Shown here one piece after another: positions 40,683 through 49,566 of a stretch of DNA of 63,974 nucleotides. The DNA is from an uncultured Acidimicrobiia bacterium (GTDB lineage: Bacteria > Actinomycetota > Acidimicrobiia > Spongiisociales > UBA4744). Every line of letters begins with the position of its first letter. Positions within the stretch are counted from its first letter, which is position 1. Made by a program: the position numbers and the translations under genes. The notes beneath the pieces are model-generated. The model saw only the letters and a program-made list of their open reading frames with translations. It searched no databases and had not been told where the DNA came from. The DNA is taken from NCBI GenBank assembly GCA_964496205.1, contig CAZBXV010000005.1, forward strand, positions 1-63,974. Reading direction: 5' to 3'.

Positions 40683-41705
40683 TCACAGGCGGGCGTGAAG
40701 GCGTTTGGCCTGCTCACGCGCCTTCGCCCTGATCTCCTCTGCATCGACTTTGGTCGGACGTCCATTCTCGTAGACGACCTCACCCCCGACGGCGACTTCC
40801 AGCGGCCGCACACCCGGCGTGAACGCAAGATGCCATGGATCCATCGGCTCGTAGGACCAGGTCACTTCGTCCTCGAGCGCCTCGGGAGCGATGCGCCACC
40901 CCTCCTCTAGCCACCCCCATGCCGTCTCCGGAGACGCCGTCACGTCGACGGAGCGCTGCATCACGTACGCGAGGCGGAACGACTCGATCATGGCAGCGCC
41001 GATCCCGTCGGTACCGAGTGCGACCGGGTTCGGGAAACGTGCGGGATTCGCATATCCGACCGCGTTGTTGAGGTTCGATCGTGGGTTGTGCACGATCGTG
41101 CCAGGCAGGCCGTGATCGGTCGGCAAGTGCACCGCGTGGATCAGCAGCCAGTCATCGACCGCCAGGCCTTCCAGTTTCGCAACTGCGTCGGAATCGGCAT
41201 CTCCTTCGGCGACGTGCACATGCACCCCGACTCCGAGGTCTGCGGCGAGCCCTGCTGCCGCGTCCAAGCTCTCGTCGGTGCATGTGAAGGCGGCATGAAT
41301 GCCGACGAGGCCCTTGCCGCCCGCCTTGATGAACCGCTCGTTCTCGGCGAGCCCTCTGACTGCACCCTCGTGTCCATGCCGATCCGTGATTCCGTACGCG
41401 CAAAGAACCCTCACTCCGACTTCGGCGCATGCCTCGGCGATCACCGACAAGCTGCCTTCGATGGCGTTTGGCGACTCGTTGTGATCGACGATCACGGTCG
41501 TGCCCTGCTCCAACGCCTCGAGTGCACCGAGCTTGGCCGACCACTCCAGCATTTCGAGATCGAGCGCAGTATCGAGACGCCACCAGACCTGTTCGAGAAT
41601 CTCGAGGAAGCTCGTTGGTGTCTTTGGGGGTGCAGGCATGCCCCGTGCAAGGGTCGAGTACAGATGGTGGTGTGCGCACACCAACCCCGGGGTGGTCGAT
41701 GACAT
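40683..41705 (-). CDS. ssnA: SsnA-like amidohydrolase lacking the usual N-terminal beta-sandwich segment
   Basis: ATG at 41705 with AGGAGG 6 nt upstream gives 340 aa. PGLVCAHHHLYSTLARGM and WWRLD motifs, HVHVAE, LGTDG. The track extension to 41825 overlaps the 3' end of the upstream gene. Confidence 0.8.
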   Translation of the reverse strand: MSSTTPGLVCAHHHLYSTLARGMPAPPKTPTSFLEILEQVWWRLDTALDLEMLEWSAKLGALEALEQGTTVIVDHNESPNAIEGSLSVIAEACAEVGVRVLCAYGITDRHGHEGAVRGLAENERFIKAGGKGLVGIHAAFTCTDESLDAAAGLAADLGVGVHVHVAEGDADSDAVAKLEGLAVDDWLLIHAVHLPTDHGLPGTIVHNPRSNLNNAVGYANPARFPNPVALGTDGIGAAMIESFRLAYVMQRSVDVTASPETAWGWLEEGWRIAPEALEDEVTWSYEPMDPWHLAFTPGVRPLEVAVGGEVVYENGRPTKVDAEEIRAKAREQAKRLHARL

Positions 41706-41724
41706 AGAGCCTCCTGGTTTCACG

Positions 41725-44271
41725 CTACTCGGTGGCCGCCAGCGGCAAGGACGTCCTCCATACTCCGTCTCGATCGTGCATGGCGGCGGCAACCGCCGGA
41801 GCGGTCGGCACCAGACCGATCTCACCCACTCCCTTCACTCCGTATGGAGCGTCGGGCTGTGGAACCTCGATGATGATGACCTCGACGTCCGGCATATCCT
41901 TTGCCCGCAGAATTCCAAGGCTGCGGAACGTCATGTTGGTGGGTCGCCCCGTCTCGTCGGTCGGGAAGTCTTCGGAGAGGGCATAGCCGAGGCCCATGTG
42001 AACGGCGCCTTCGATCTGACCTTCGACCAGCGTGGGATTCACCGCCTTGCCGACGTCGTGGGCGGCGACAACGCGTTCGATAACGCCGGTCTCCCTGTCC
42101 ATGATGACGACTTGGGCCGCGTAGCCGAACGCCGAATGGATGATGGGATGCTCCACCCCCGACTCCAGTGAACTGGTCCAATCCACGACATACTGGCCAT
42201 GGTGATCGACTCCAACAGTCCTCCCGGCGGCGATCGCATTCCGACACGCATCCTGAACCGCACCCGCTCCGAGCAACGTCCCCCTGGATCCGGTGGTCTG
42301 GCCGTCTCCCAGTTCTCTCGTGGTGTCCACGACAACCCGTATCTTCGATGTCGGCACCCCAAGTTCCTCCGACGCGACCTGCTGGGCAACCGTGTGGACA
42401 CCCTGACCCATCTCGGTCCAGCAATGTCGTACCTCGACCGAGCCATCCTCCTCGAATCGCACGACGGCCCTCGAGACCTCCTTGTAGCCGTTGCCCAGTC
42501 CGGTGTTCTTGAGGGCGAGGCCGAGCCCAACCGCCTTACCGGCTGCCTTGGCCTCCTCATAGACAGGCCGGACAGCGTCCAGACTCTCCTGAGCTCCGCG
42601 ACACCCATCGTCCATAATCTGGCCCGGTCCCCACTCAACACCCGGTTTGATCACGTTCCGGTTCCTGATCTCCCAGCCGGAGATTCCCACCTTCTCGGCA
42701 AGCCGGTCGAGGGTTCCTTCCATTCCAAACTGGGCCTGGTTTGCCCCGAATCCTCGGAAGGCACCGCATACCGGATTGTTGGTGCGCACGGCGATCGACT
42801 CGACGTCGACATTCGGAATCGCGTACGGACCGGTGGCATGACCAGCAGCACGTTCCAGCACCTTCATGCCGACCGAAGCGTAAGGGCCGGAATCCCCAAT
42901 CATCCTCGCCTTGACCGCGGTCAGGTGGCCCTCCTCGTCGCATCCGACCCAGTACTCGAGATGAATCGGATGGCGCTTGGCATGCATGAGCAGCGACTGC
43001 TCGCGAGTCAGGGTGCACTTGACCGGTCGCTGCAGGAGCCATGCCGCCATTGCGGTCTGACCCTGATTCGACATGTCTTCCTTGCCGCCGAACGCTCCCC
43101 CGTTTGAAACCAGTTCGACGGTGACCGAGTCCTTCGGGACCGCGAGCAGCGCGGCGATTTGATCCCGGTCGTCCCACACACCCTGTCCGCCTGAGTACAC
43201 ATGCAGCATCCCGTCGTCGAGGGGTACCGCGAGGGTCGACTCAGGCTCCAGGAAGGCGTGCTCGACGCGCTGTGTATCGAACACCTCATGCACTCTGTGG
43301 GCGCTTTCGGAGAGCGCCGTGTCTACGTCACCGCGCGCATACGCGGAGCGAGAGAGAACGTTGCCGTCGAGACCCCACACGGCACTCTCGTCAGACACAA
43401 GCGCTGCTTGGGCGTCAGTAAAAGGTGGTAGGGGTTCACACTCGACATCGATCAGCATTGCGGCCTCGCGGGCCGTCTCGCGGTCTTCGGCAACCACGAT
43501 CGCCAGCACGTCGCCCAGATAGGAGGTTCGGCCACCTTCGGGGATGAAGACGGGCCAGTCCTTGTCGATCAGCCCCACTCGGTTGGTTCCTGGAACATCG
43601 CTACCCGTGAATACGGCCACGACACCCTCGGTCGCCTCGGCTTTGCCGGTATCGATGCGGATCACATCGGCGCGGGCATGGTCTGCGAGGCGCAGCGCTG
43701 CATGAAGCATCCCGGGCACCCGCAGATCGTCCACGTACCCTCGTGTTCCAAGAGCCAGTTCGCGTGCCTCATACTTGACACCTCGAGATCCCACACCGCC
43801 GGGCGCATCCAAGGTGAGATCGTCACCGTGGGCGACAGCTTCGACGGCATCGAAGATCTTCACGTATCCAGTGCACCGGCACAGGTTTCCACCGAGGTGT
43901 CGGCGCAGGTCGTCACGGGTGAGGTCAGGCCCCTTCTTGTCGATGAGGGCCTTTGAACGCATGATGATCCCCGGTGTACAAAAACCACACTGTGTGGCAC
44001 CGTGCGCGGCGAACGCGTCTGCGAACCGATCACGTTCGATCTCCTCGAGACCCTCGAGCGTGACGACGGCAGTCCCCTCTGCCTTTTCGAGCGGCATCTG
44101 GCAGGCAACTCGCGCTTTTCCGTCGACGATGACCGTGCACGCTCCACACTGACCAGACGGAGAACATCCGTCTTTAGGAGAAGTGACATCGAGCTCTTCT
44201 CTCAGTGCCGCCAGGAGGTGAGGATGACTGTCGTCTACCTCGACCAGGGCACCGTTGAGCTCGAATTCCAT
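41725..44271 (-). CDS. xdhD: fused [2Fe-2S]x2 + molybdopterin-binding hydroxylase, XdhD-like (system 2)
   Basis: ATG at 44271 (MEFELNGALVEV) gives 848 aa. N-terminal CSPSGQCGACTV, CGFCTPG, NLCRCTGY. Then Moco-domain motifs GGAFGGKED, GAFRGFGANQ, GVGEIG. Confidence 0.88.
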   Translation of the reverse strand: MEFELNGALVEVDDSHPHLLAALREELDVTSPKDGCSPSGQCGACTVIVDGKARVACQMPLEKAEGTAVVTLEGLEEIERDRFADAFAAHGATQCGFCTPGIIMRSKALIDKKGPDLTRDDLRRHLGGNLCRCTGYVKIFDAVEAVAHGDDLTLDAPGGVGSRGVKYEARELALGTRGYVDDLRVPGMLHAALRLADHARADVIRIDTGKAEATEGVVAVFTGSDVPGTNRVGLIDKDWPVFIPEGGRTSYLGDVLAIVVAEDRETAREAAMLIDVECEPLPPFTDAQAALVSDESAVWGLDGNVLSRSAYARGDVDTALSESAHRVHEVFDTQRVEHAFLEPESTLAVPLDDGMLHVYSGGQGVWDDRDQIAALLAVPKDSVTVELVSNGGAFGGKEDMSNQGQTAMAAWLLQRPVKCTLTREQSLLMHAKRHPIHLEYWVGCDEEGHLTAVKARMIGDSGPYASVGMKVLERAAGHATGPYAIPNVDVESIAVRTNNPVCGAFRGFGANQAQFGMEGTLDRLAEKVGISGWEIRNRNVIKPGVEWGPGQIMDDGCRGAQESLDAVRPVYEEAKAAGKAVGLGLALKNTGLGNGYKEVSRAVVRFEEDGSVEVRHCWTEMGQGVHTVAQQVASEELGVPTSKIRVVVDTTRELGDGQTTGSRGTLLGAGAVQDACRNAIAAGRTVGVDHHGQYVVDWTSSLESGVEHPIIHSAFGYAAQVVIMDRETGVIERVVAAHDVGKAVNPTLVEGQIEGAVHMGLGYALSEDFPTDETGRPTNMTFRSLGILRAKDMPDVEVIIIEVPQPDAPYGVKGVGEIGLVPTAPAVAAAMHDRDGVWRTSLPLAATE

Positions 44272-44330
44272 CGGCCCTACCTTACGCGGCCTTGCGCCGT
44301 TGTGCTCCCCATGACGCCCGTTACCAATCG

Positions 44331-44342
44331 TCACATATGTGA
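44331..44342. promoter_or_regulatory. perfect 12-bp palindrome TCACATATGTGA in a divergent control region; candidate operator
   Basis: Read directly from the sequence. AT-rich core in a GC-rich intergenic region, 60 nt upstream of the xdhD-like start and 95 nt upstream of the system-3 operon start. Confidence 0.35.
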
Positions 44343-44436
44343 ATGATCAGCCGCGTTGCGAAGCGGTTTCGGTCGATCACTTCCGAACCTCCCTTCGGCT
44401 TCGTAGGCCTTTGCCGACGGCTAGCATCAATCGAGG

Positions 44437-45261
44437 ATGATCACCGACTACCTGCACCCGACATCTGCGGAAGTGGCATTCTCCACACTCACCTCGTTGG
44501 GCTCGAGGGCGCGCCTGGTCGGGGGAGGTACCGACCTGTCTCTCCATCCGCCGGCGGACGTCGATACGCTCATCGATCTCTCCACCGCCGGTCTCGGAGG
44601 GATCGATCGCGATGGTGGAGGGATCACCATCGGTGCAACCACCACACTCACCGAGATGCTCGAGTATCGACCTCTCGGAGACGTGTGGTCCGGTGTCGTT
44701 CACACCATGCTCGCGAGAGTGGCATCACCACTCCACCGAAACGCAGCATCGATCGGTGGGCACCTTGCGAGGGGACGTCTTTCCGACGTCATTCCCGTCA
44801 TGCTGGCACTTGACGCAGCCGTTCGGTTCTTCGATGGCTCACCCCAGCAGATGCCTCTCGTCGAGTTCTACGCGACGCGCCGAAACCGCAAGCCACTCGT
44901 AGTGACGAGCGTTCGCATTCCCTCGGACGGCGGGCGTGCTGCTTTCCGCAAGTTCGCCCGCACCACGTACGACCTCGCGATTCTCAACGTCGCGTGCGCG
45001 GCCCGATTCAAAGGTGACATCGTCACCTCGGCACGCATCGTGGTCGGCGAGCGCCCGAGTCTCGCGGTGCCCCTCACCCACGCCGCCGGGCTTCTCGTTG
45101 GTGAAATACTCACCAAAGAGTCGATCGCACACGCCGCGACGGTGGCGTCCGACACGATCGAAGTCCGAAGTGACCCGAGGGGAAGTGCCGAGTACCGGCG
45201 TCATCTCACAGAGGTCCTCGTGCGGCGGTGTCTCACAGAAATCCAGGAAGGACAGTCGTGA
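44437..45261 (+). CDS. FAD-binding medium subunit (system 3)
   Basis: 274 aa. LVGGGTDL and ASIGGHLA motifs. Confidence 0.9.
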   Translation: MITDYLHPTSAEVAFSTLTSLGSRARLVGGGTDLSLHPPADVDTLIDLSTAGLGGIDRDGGGITIGATTTLTEMLEYRPLGDVWSGVVHTMLARVASPLHRNAASIGGHLARGRLSDVIPVMLALDAAVRFFDGSPQQMPLVEFYATRRNRKPLVVTSVRIPSDGGRAAFRKFARTTYDLAILNVACAARFKGDIVTSARIVVGERPSLAVPLTHAAGLLVGEILTKESIAHAATVASDTIEVRSDPRGSAEYRRHLTEVLVRRCLTEIQEGQS

Positions 45262-45725
45262 ATCTCACCGTCAACGGCGCAGCGTTCGAGATAGACGTAT
45301 CCCCGTCAGAGAGCCTCCTCGATCTTCTCCGTTCGCTGGGTTTCAAAGGCGTCAAGAACGGCTGCGACAACGGAGACTGCGGTGCCTGTGCGGTCCTGAT
45401 CGATGGCAGGGCCATCACCTCGTGTGACTACCCGGCCGCAGCAGCGAACGGGAAGGACATCATCACCGTGGAGGGGCTCGCCAAAGACGGTGAACTCCAC
45501 CCGATCCAGGCCGCGTTCCTCGACACCGGCGGCGTCCAGTGTGGGTTCTGCACCCCAGGCATGATGCTGGCTGCACTCGATCTTCTCACGCGGGTCCCCG
45601 ATCCATCGGACGATCAGATCCGGGAGGCCCTCAGAGGCAATCTCTGTCGTTGTACCGGCTACGTGAAGCCGGTCGAAGCAGTCAGAACCGCCGCCGCCCG
45701 GATGAGGAAGGTCACTCATGGCTGA
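45258..45725 (+). CDS. (2Fe-2S)-binding small subunit (system 3)
   Basis: GTG at 45258 overlaps the upstream stop (GTGA). CDNGDCGACAV, CGFCTPG, NLCRCTGY. Confidence 0.9.
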   Translation: MNLTVNGAAFEIDVSPSESLLDLLRSLGFKGVKNGCDNGDCGACAVLIDGRAITSCDYPAAAANGKDIITVEGLAKDGELHPIQAAFLDTGGVQCGFCTPGMMLAALDLLTRVPDPSDDQIREALRGNLCRCTGYVKPVEAVRTAAARMRKVTHG

Positions 45726-48021
45726 TCTCTTTCACGTCGTCGGTCACAGCGAACGGCGAGTGGACGGTCATGCACTCGTGACCGGCAAACCGGTCTTCGC
45801 AGGCGACTTGGAGCTGCCCGGCATGTTGCACATTTCTGTGCTCGGATCTCCCCACGCCCATGCACGAATCACGTCGATCGTGACCGAACGTGCCGAAGCA
45901 CTCGAAGGCGTGGCCCTGGTCCTCACACACCTCAACACACCGGACGTCCGATACACAACGGCCGGCCAAGGCCACCCTGAGCCGTCACCGTACGACAATC
46001 GGATGTTCGATCAGAAGGTTCGTTTCGTCGGCGACCGTGTCGCCGCCGTGGCCGCCGTATCCAAGGAGATCGCCGACAAGGCACTCGAACTCATTGACGT
46101 CGAATACGACCCGCTGCCTCCCGTCTTCTCGATCGACGATGCGCTCGCCGAAGGGGCACCCGTCATCCACGATGAACAAGACGCATCCGGCATCTGGGAT
46201 GCCGCACACAACATCGCGGGGGTGGTCGAAGCAAATGTGGGCGACGTCGACGCCGCACTCGAGTCCGCGTTCGCCTCGGTCGAGTTCACCGGGGAAGCCC
46301 AGTACGCCCAGCACGTGCCCCTCGAAACGCACGTGTCCGTCGCGTACATGGACGACAATGACCGGCTCGTCCTCTACACCAGCACTCAAGTGCCTTTTCA
46401 CGTGCGCCGCATCATGGCGAAAGTGCTCGGGATACCGGCCCGGCGAATCCACGTCATCAAGCCGCGAATCGGCGGAGGATTCGGCGTCAAGCAGGAGGTC
46501 CTGATCGAAGATCTGGTCGGCCTCGTGACATTGCGTACCGGCCTCCCGAGCCGTCTCGAGTACACACGCGCCGAAGAGTTCTATGCATCCCGGACACGCC
46601 ACCCCATGCGCGTGAAGGTTCGCCTCGGCACTGATGCCGACGGAACGATCCAGGCGGTGGACATGGATGCGCTCGAAAACACCGGGGCATACGGGGCACA
46701 CAACCTCACGGTGGTCTCAAACGCCGGCTCGAAGACGCTCCCGATGTACAACAAGGCTCCGAACGTTCGTTTCACCGCCAAGGGCATCTATACGAATCTG
46801 CCTGTCGGCGGGGCCTATCGGGGGTATGGCGGCACCCAGGGAGTGTTCGCGTTGGAAGTCGCGATGGACATCCTTGCCGAGAAGCTCGGCGTTGACGCGC
46901 TCGAGTTGCGACGTCGCAATCACATCCGAACCGGTGAGACCAGCCCGATCTTCGAAGAACTGGGGGAAGGGCGCAAGGGCGTCCCACAGACGATCGGAAG
47001 TTGCGGCCTGGATCAGTGCATCGACATTGGCGCAACGAAAATCGGGTGGGCCGAGAAACGTGGGCGCCGACTCAAGAACGGCCCATGGGTGCATGGCGTC
47101 GGCATGTCCATTCACATGCAGGGCTCCGGCATCCCCGCGATAGACATGGCTGCGGCCACCATCAAGATGAACGATGACGGTTCGTTCAACCTCCTCGTCG
47201 GAGCGACAGACATCGGCACGGGTTCCGATACGGTCCTTGGGCAGATCGCGGCCGAGGCGCTGGGCGTCGCCCTCGACGAGATCATCGTCCTCTCCTCCGA
47301 CACAGACGTCACTCCGTTCGATGTGGGCGCTTACGCGTCGTCGACGACCTACGTGTCGGGCTCCGCAGTGCTGAGAGCGGCCGAAGACGTCAAGGTTCAG
47401 ATCCTGGGAGTCGCTGCGGCAATGCTTCGGACCGATGCCGGCGACCTCCATCTCGATGCCGGCAAGGTCGTTGCGCAAGATGGTCGGAGTGTCACTCTTG
47501 CCGATGTCGCCCTGCGATCGCTCTACGGCGTCGATCAGTTCCAGATCGGTGCAACGGCGTCCTTCGTCGGCGATGTCTCTCCCCCGCCGTTCCTGGCGTC
47601 GTTCGCCGAGGTCGCCATCGACACGGAGACGGGCCAGTTGAAGATCGTCAATTACGTCGGCGTGTTCGATTGCGGGACCGCCGTGAATCCTCGGCTCGCG
47701 GAAGGCCAGGCTGAGGGTGCGCTGGCCAATGGCATCGGCTACGCGCTCATGGAAGAGATGCGGTTCGACAAGTACGGGCGGATGCGCAACCCCGATTTGG
47801 GTCGGTACAAGATTCCTGCGGCAACCGATATGCCTCCTCTCGATGTCGTTCTGGTCGACACGTACGAGGAGACGGGCCCGATGGGTGCGAAATCGATCGC
47901 AGAAATCGGCATCAATGCCCCCATCCCAACTCTGGCGAATGCCATCTATGACGCAGTCGGTGTTCGCTTGGCAGATCCTCCATTCACGTCGGAGAAAATC
48001 TGGCGCGCCATGCAGGGCTGA
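45718..48021 (+). CDS. xanthine dehydrogenase-family molybdopterin-binding large subunit, XdhA-like (system 3)
   Basis: 767 aa. YTSTQVPFHVRR, KPRIGGGFGVKQE, GAYRGYGGTQ, SIAEIG. Confidence 0.92.
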   Translation: MADLFHVVGHSERRVDGHALVTGKPVFAGDLELPGMLHISVLGSPHAHARITSIVTERAEALEGVALVLTHLNTPDVRYTTAGQGHPEPSPYDNRMFDQKVRFVGDRVAAVAAVSKEIADKALELIDVEYDPLPPVFSIDDALAEGAPVIHDEQDASGIWDAAHNIAGVVEANVGDVDAALESAFASVEFTGEAQYAQHVPLETHVSVAYMDDNDRLVLYTSTQVPFHVRRIMAKVLGIPARRIHVIKPRIGGGFGVKQEVLIEDLVGLVTLRTGLPSRLEYTRAEEFYASRTRHPMRVKVRLGTDADGTIQAVDMDALENTGAYGAHNLTVVSNAGSKTLPMYNKAPNVRFTAKGIYTNLPVGGAYRGYGGTQGVFALEVAMDILAEKLGVDALELRRRNHIRTGETSPIFEELGEGRKGVPQTIGSCGLDQCIDIGATKIGWAEKRGRRLKNGPWVHGVGMSIHMQGSGIPAIDMAAATIKMNDDGSFNLLVGATDIGTGSDTVLGQIAAEALGVALDEIIVLSSDTDVTPFDVGAYASSTTYVSGSAVLRAAEDVKVQILGVAAAMLRTDAGDLHLDAGKVVAQDGRSVTLADVALRSLYGVDQFQIGATASFVGDVSPPPFLASFAEVAIDTETGQLKIVNYVGVFDCGTAVNPRLAEGQAEGALANGIGYALMEEMRFDKYGRMRNPDLGRYKIPAATDMPPLDVVLVDTYEETGPMGAKSIAEIGINAPIPTLANAIYDAVGVRLADPPFTSEKIWRAMQG

Positions 48022-48024
48022 AGC

Positions 48025-49566
48025 TCACTCCCCCATCAGCTTGCGCACCATTTCCACCTTCATCTCCCACAGGTTGTCGGTGAGGGACACGTGGTACACA
48101 TGCGGATTGATGAGCCGCCGGACACCCGGGTCCAGCCGCTCCAGATCAGCGATTCTCCGCCGCCGCAACTCATCGATGGGAGGTGACGGTTCGACACGCC
48201 TGCCCTCTTTCATCACCGCAACAGGAAGCGTCTCGATCTCTGACACCGCCCCCTCGGGCAGACGGCGCATCGACGTGGGGATCACCGGATGGTGCAGCGT
48301 GATCGGCTTCCCAGGCTCAATCGACTCGTCCGCCCTGCCGAGAACGTCTGCAGTTGCTGTGCCTCTGGCGTCGTAGACGCGCCACACCTGTTTTCTGCCT
48401 GGATTCGGGATCTTCGCCTGAGACTCCGACACTTTGATCGCAGGATTCCACCCGGATGCCTCCTCGATCGCGACCAGCTTGTAGACACCATCGAGAGACG
48501 CATCACCCTGCGAAGTGATCAGACGGGTTCCTACCCCGTACACCAAGCGACCGATCAGATGGTCGGGATCCACCCGATAGCTGGGCGCCTCGGACCTGAT
48601 CTGGGACACGATCTGCCAAATGGCCAGCTCATCGAGGTTTGACGAGAGCACGATCGATGTTTCGGCGAAGCCCGCGTCGTCGAGCATTCGAGCCGCCTGA
48701 ATAGCGAGATAGGCCAGGTCTCCGGAATCGAGTCGGATGCCGACCGGCTCGTGCCCCGACCGACGCAGCTCTTCGAACACGGTGATTGCGTTGGGAACGC
48801 CGCTCTCGATCGTGTCGATGGTGTCGACGAGCAGCAGGCAGTCATCGGGAAACACGTCGGCGTAGGCTCGAAACGCGTCGAGTTCCGTCTCCCCCTTTGC
48901 AAGGAAGAGCTGGATCAACGAGTGGGCATGCGTCCCTTTCGAAGGGACACCAACACCGAGTGACGTCCCAACATTCGAGCTGAAGTGGGCACCCCCCACG
49001 AGCGCTGCCCGAGTCCCTGCGTTGGTGCCTCGCTCGGGACCTCTGCGCATGCCGAACTCCAGGATCGGCCGGCCGAGCGCTGCTTCATGAACCCGGGAAG
49101 CCTTCGTGGCGATCAGCGTCGGATAGTTGAGATGGTTGAGCAGGGACGTCTCGAGGATCTGCGCGATGAGGAGCGGTCCGACGACCACGGCCAACGGGAC
49201 ATTCGGGTGCACGATCCGGCCTTCTGGAATCGCCGTCATGTCGATCGCTGAGAAGTCGCCGTTTTGACGGAGCCACTGGAGGAAGTCCGGGGCGAACATC
49301 GGGTCCCCCGAAGCGCTGCGCAGCGTGCCGAGTTGCTCGATGTCTGTGTCGGTCACGTGCGTCGTCTCCATCCAATCCAGCAGCCAGTCGAGGCCGGCTC
49401 CGACCGCGTAGCCGGCTTGATGTTTGCCATAGTCGGGGTAGGAGCGGAAGTAGTAGTCGAACTCGGCGGGTTGCTCGTGCACCCCGAGGCGGAAGTAGAC
49501 CTGGGCCATCGTGAGTTGGTACAGGTCGGTGAACAAGAACCCTTCAGCAAGCGATGCCTCGTACAT
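48025..49566 (-). CDS. pncB: nicotinate phosphoribosyltransferase
   Basis: 513 aa. [16 protein letters not shown]-terminus; GTHAHS; RLDSGDL. Confidence 0.9.
   Translation of the reverse strand: MYEASLAEGFLFTDLYQLTMAQVYFRLGVHEQPAEFDYYFRSYPDYGKHQAGYAVGAGLDWLLDWMETTHVTDTDIEQLGTLRSASGDPMFAPDFLQWLRQNGDFSAIDMTAIPEGRIVHPNVPLAVVVGPLLIAQILETSLLNHLNYPTLIATKASRVHEAALGRPILEFGMRRGPERGTNAGTRAALVGGAHFSSNVGTSLGVGVPSKGTHAHSLIQLFLAKGETELDAFRAYADVFPDDCLLLVDTIDTIESGVPNAITVFEELRRSGHEPVGIRLDSGDLAYLAIQAARMLDDAGFAETSIVLSSNLDELAIWQIVSQIRSEAPSYRVDPDHLIGRLVYGVGTRLITSQGDASLDGVYKLVAIEEASGWNPAIKVSESQAKIPNPGRKQVWRVYDARGTATADVLGRADESIEPGKPITLHHPVIPTSMRRLPEGAVSEIETLPVAVMKEGRRVEPSPPIDELRRRRIADLERLDPGVRRLINPHVYHVSLTDNLWEMKVEMVRKLMGE

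Noticed and set aside
44331-44342. Reading TCACATATGTGA as a CRP/GlxR-type site
   Set aside because: CRP-family sites are TGTGA-N6-TCACA. Here the half-sites are in the opposite order with a 2-nt spacer, so I keep it only as a generic palindromic operator candidate.
44343-44436. Possible Moco riboswitch upstream of the system-3 hydroxylase operon, or a purine riboswitch in the 32483-32613 leader of the ABC importer
   Set aside because: I could not line up the conserved cores of either riboswitch class by eye; I see only short generic hairpins. A covariance-model scan (Rfam Moco_RNA_motif and Purine models) would settle it. This is unsupported for now.
37346-48021. Selenocysteine recoding in the hydroxylase/ygfK genes, as in the selenium-dependent clostridial purine enzymes
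   Set aside because: All of these ORFs are continuous, with no in-frame TGA and no unexplained gaps. No selD, selA, selB or yqeB/yqeC-like genes are visible in the window.
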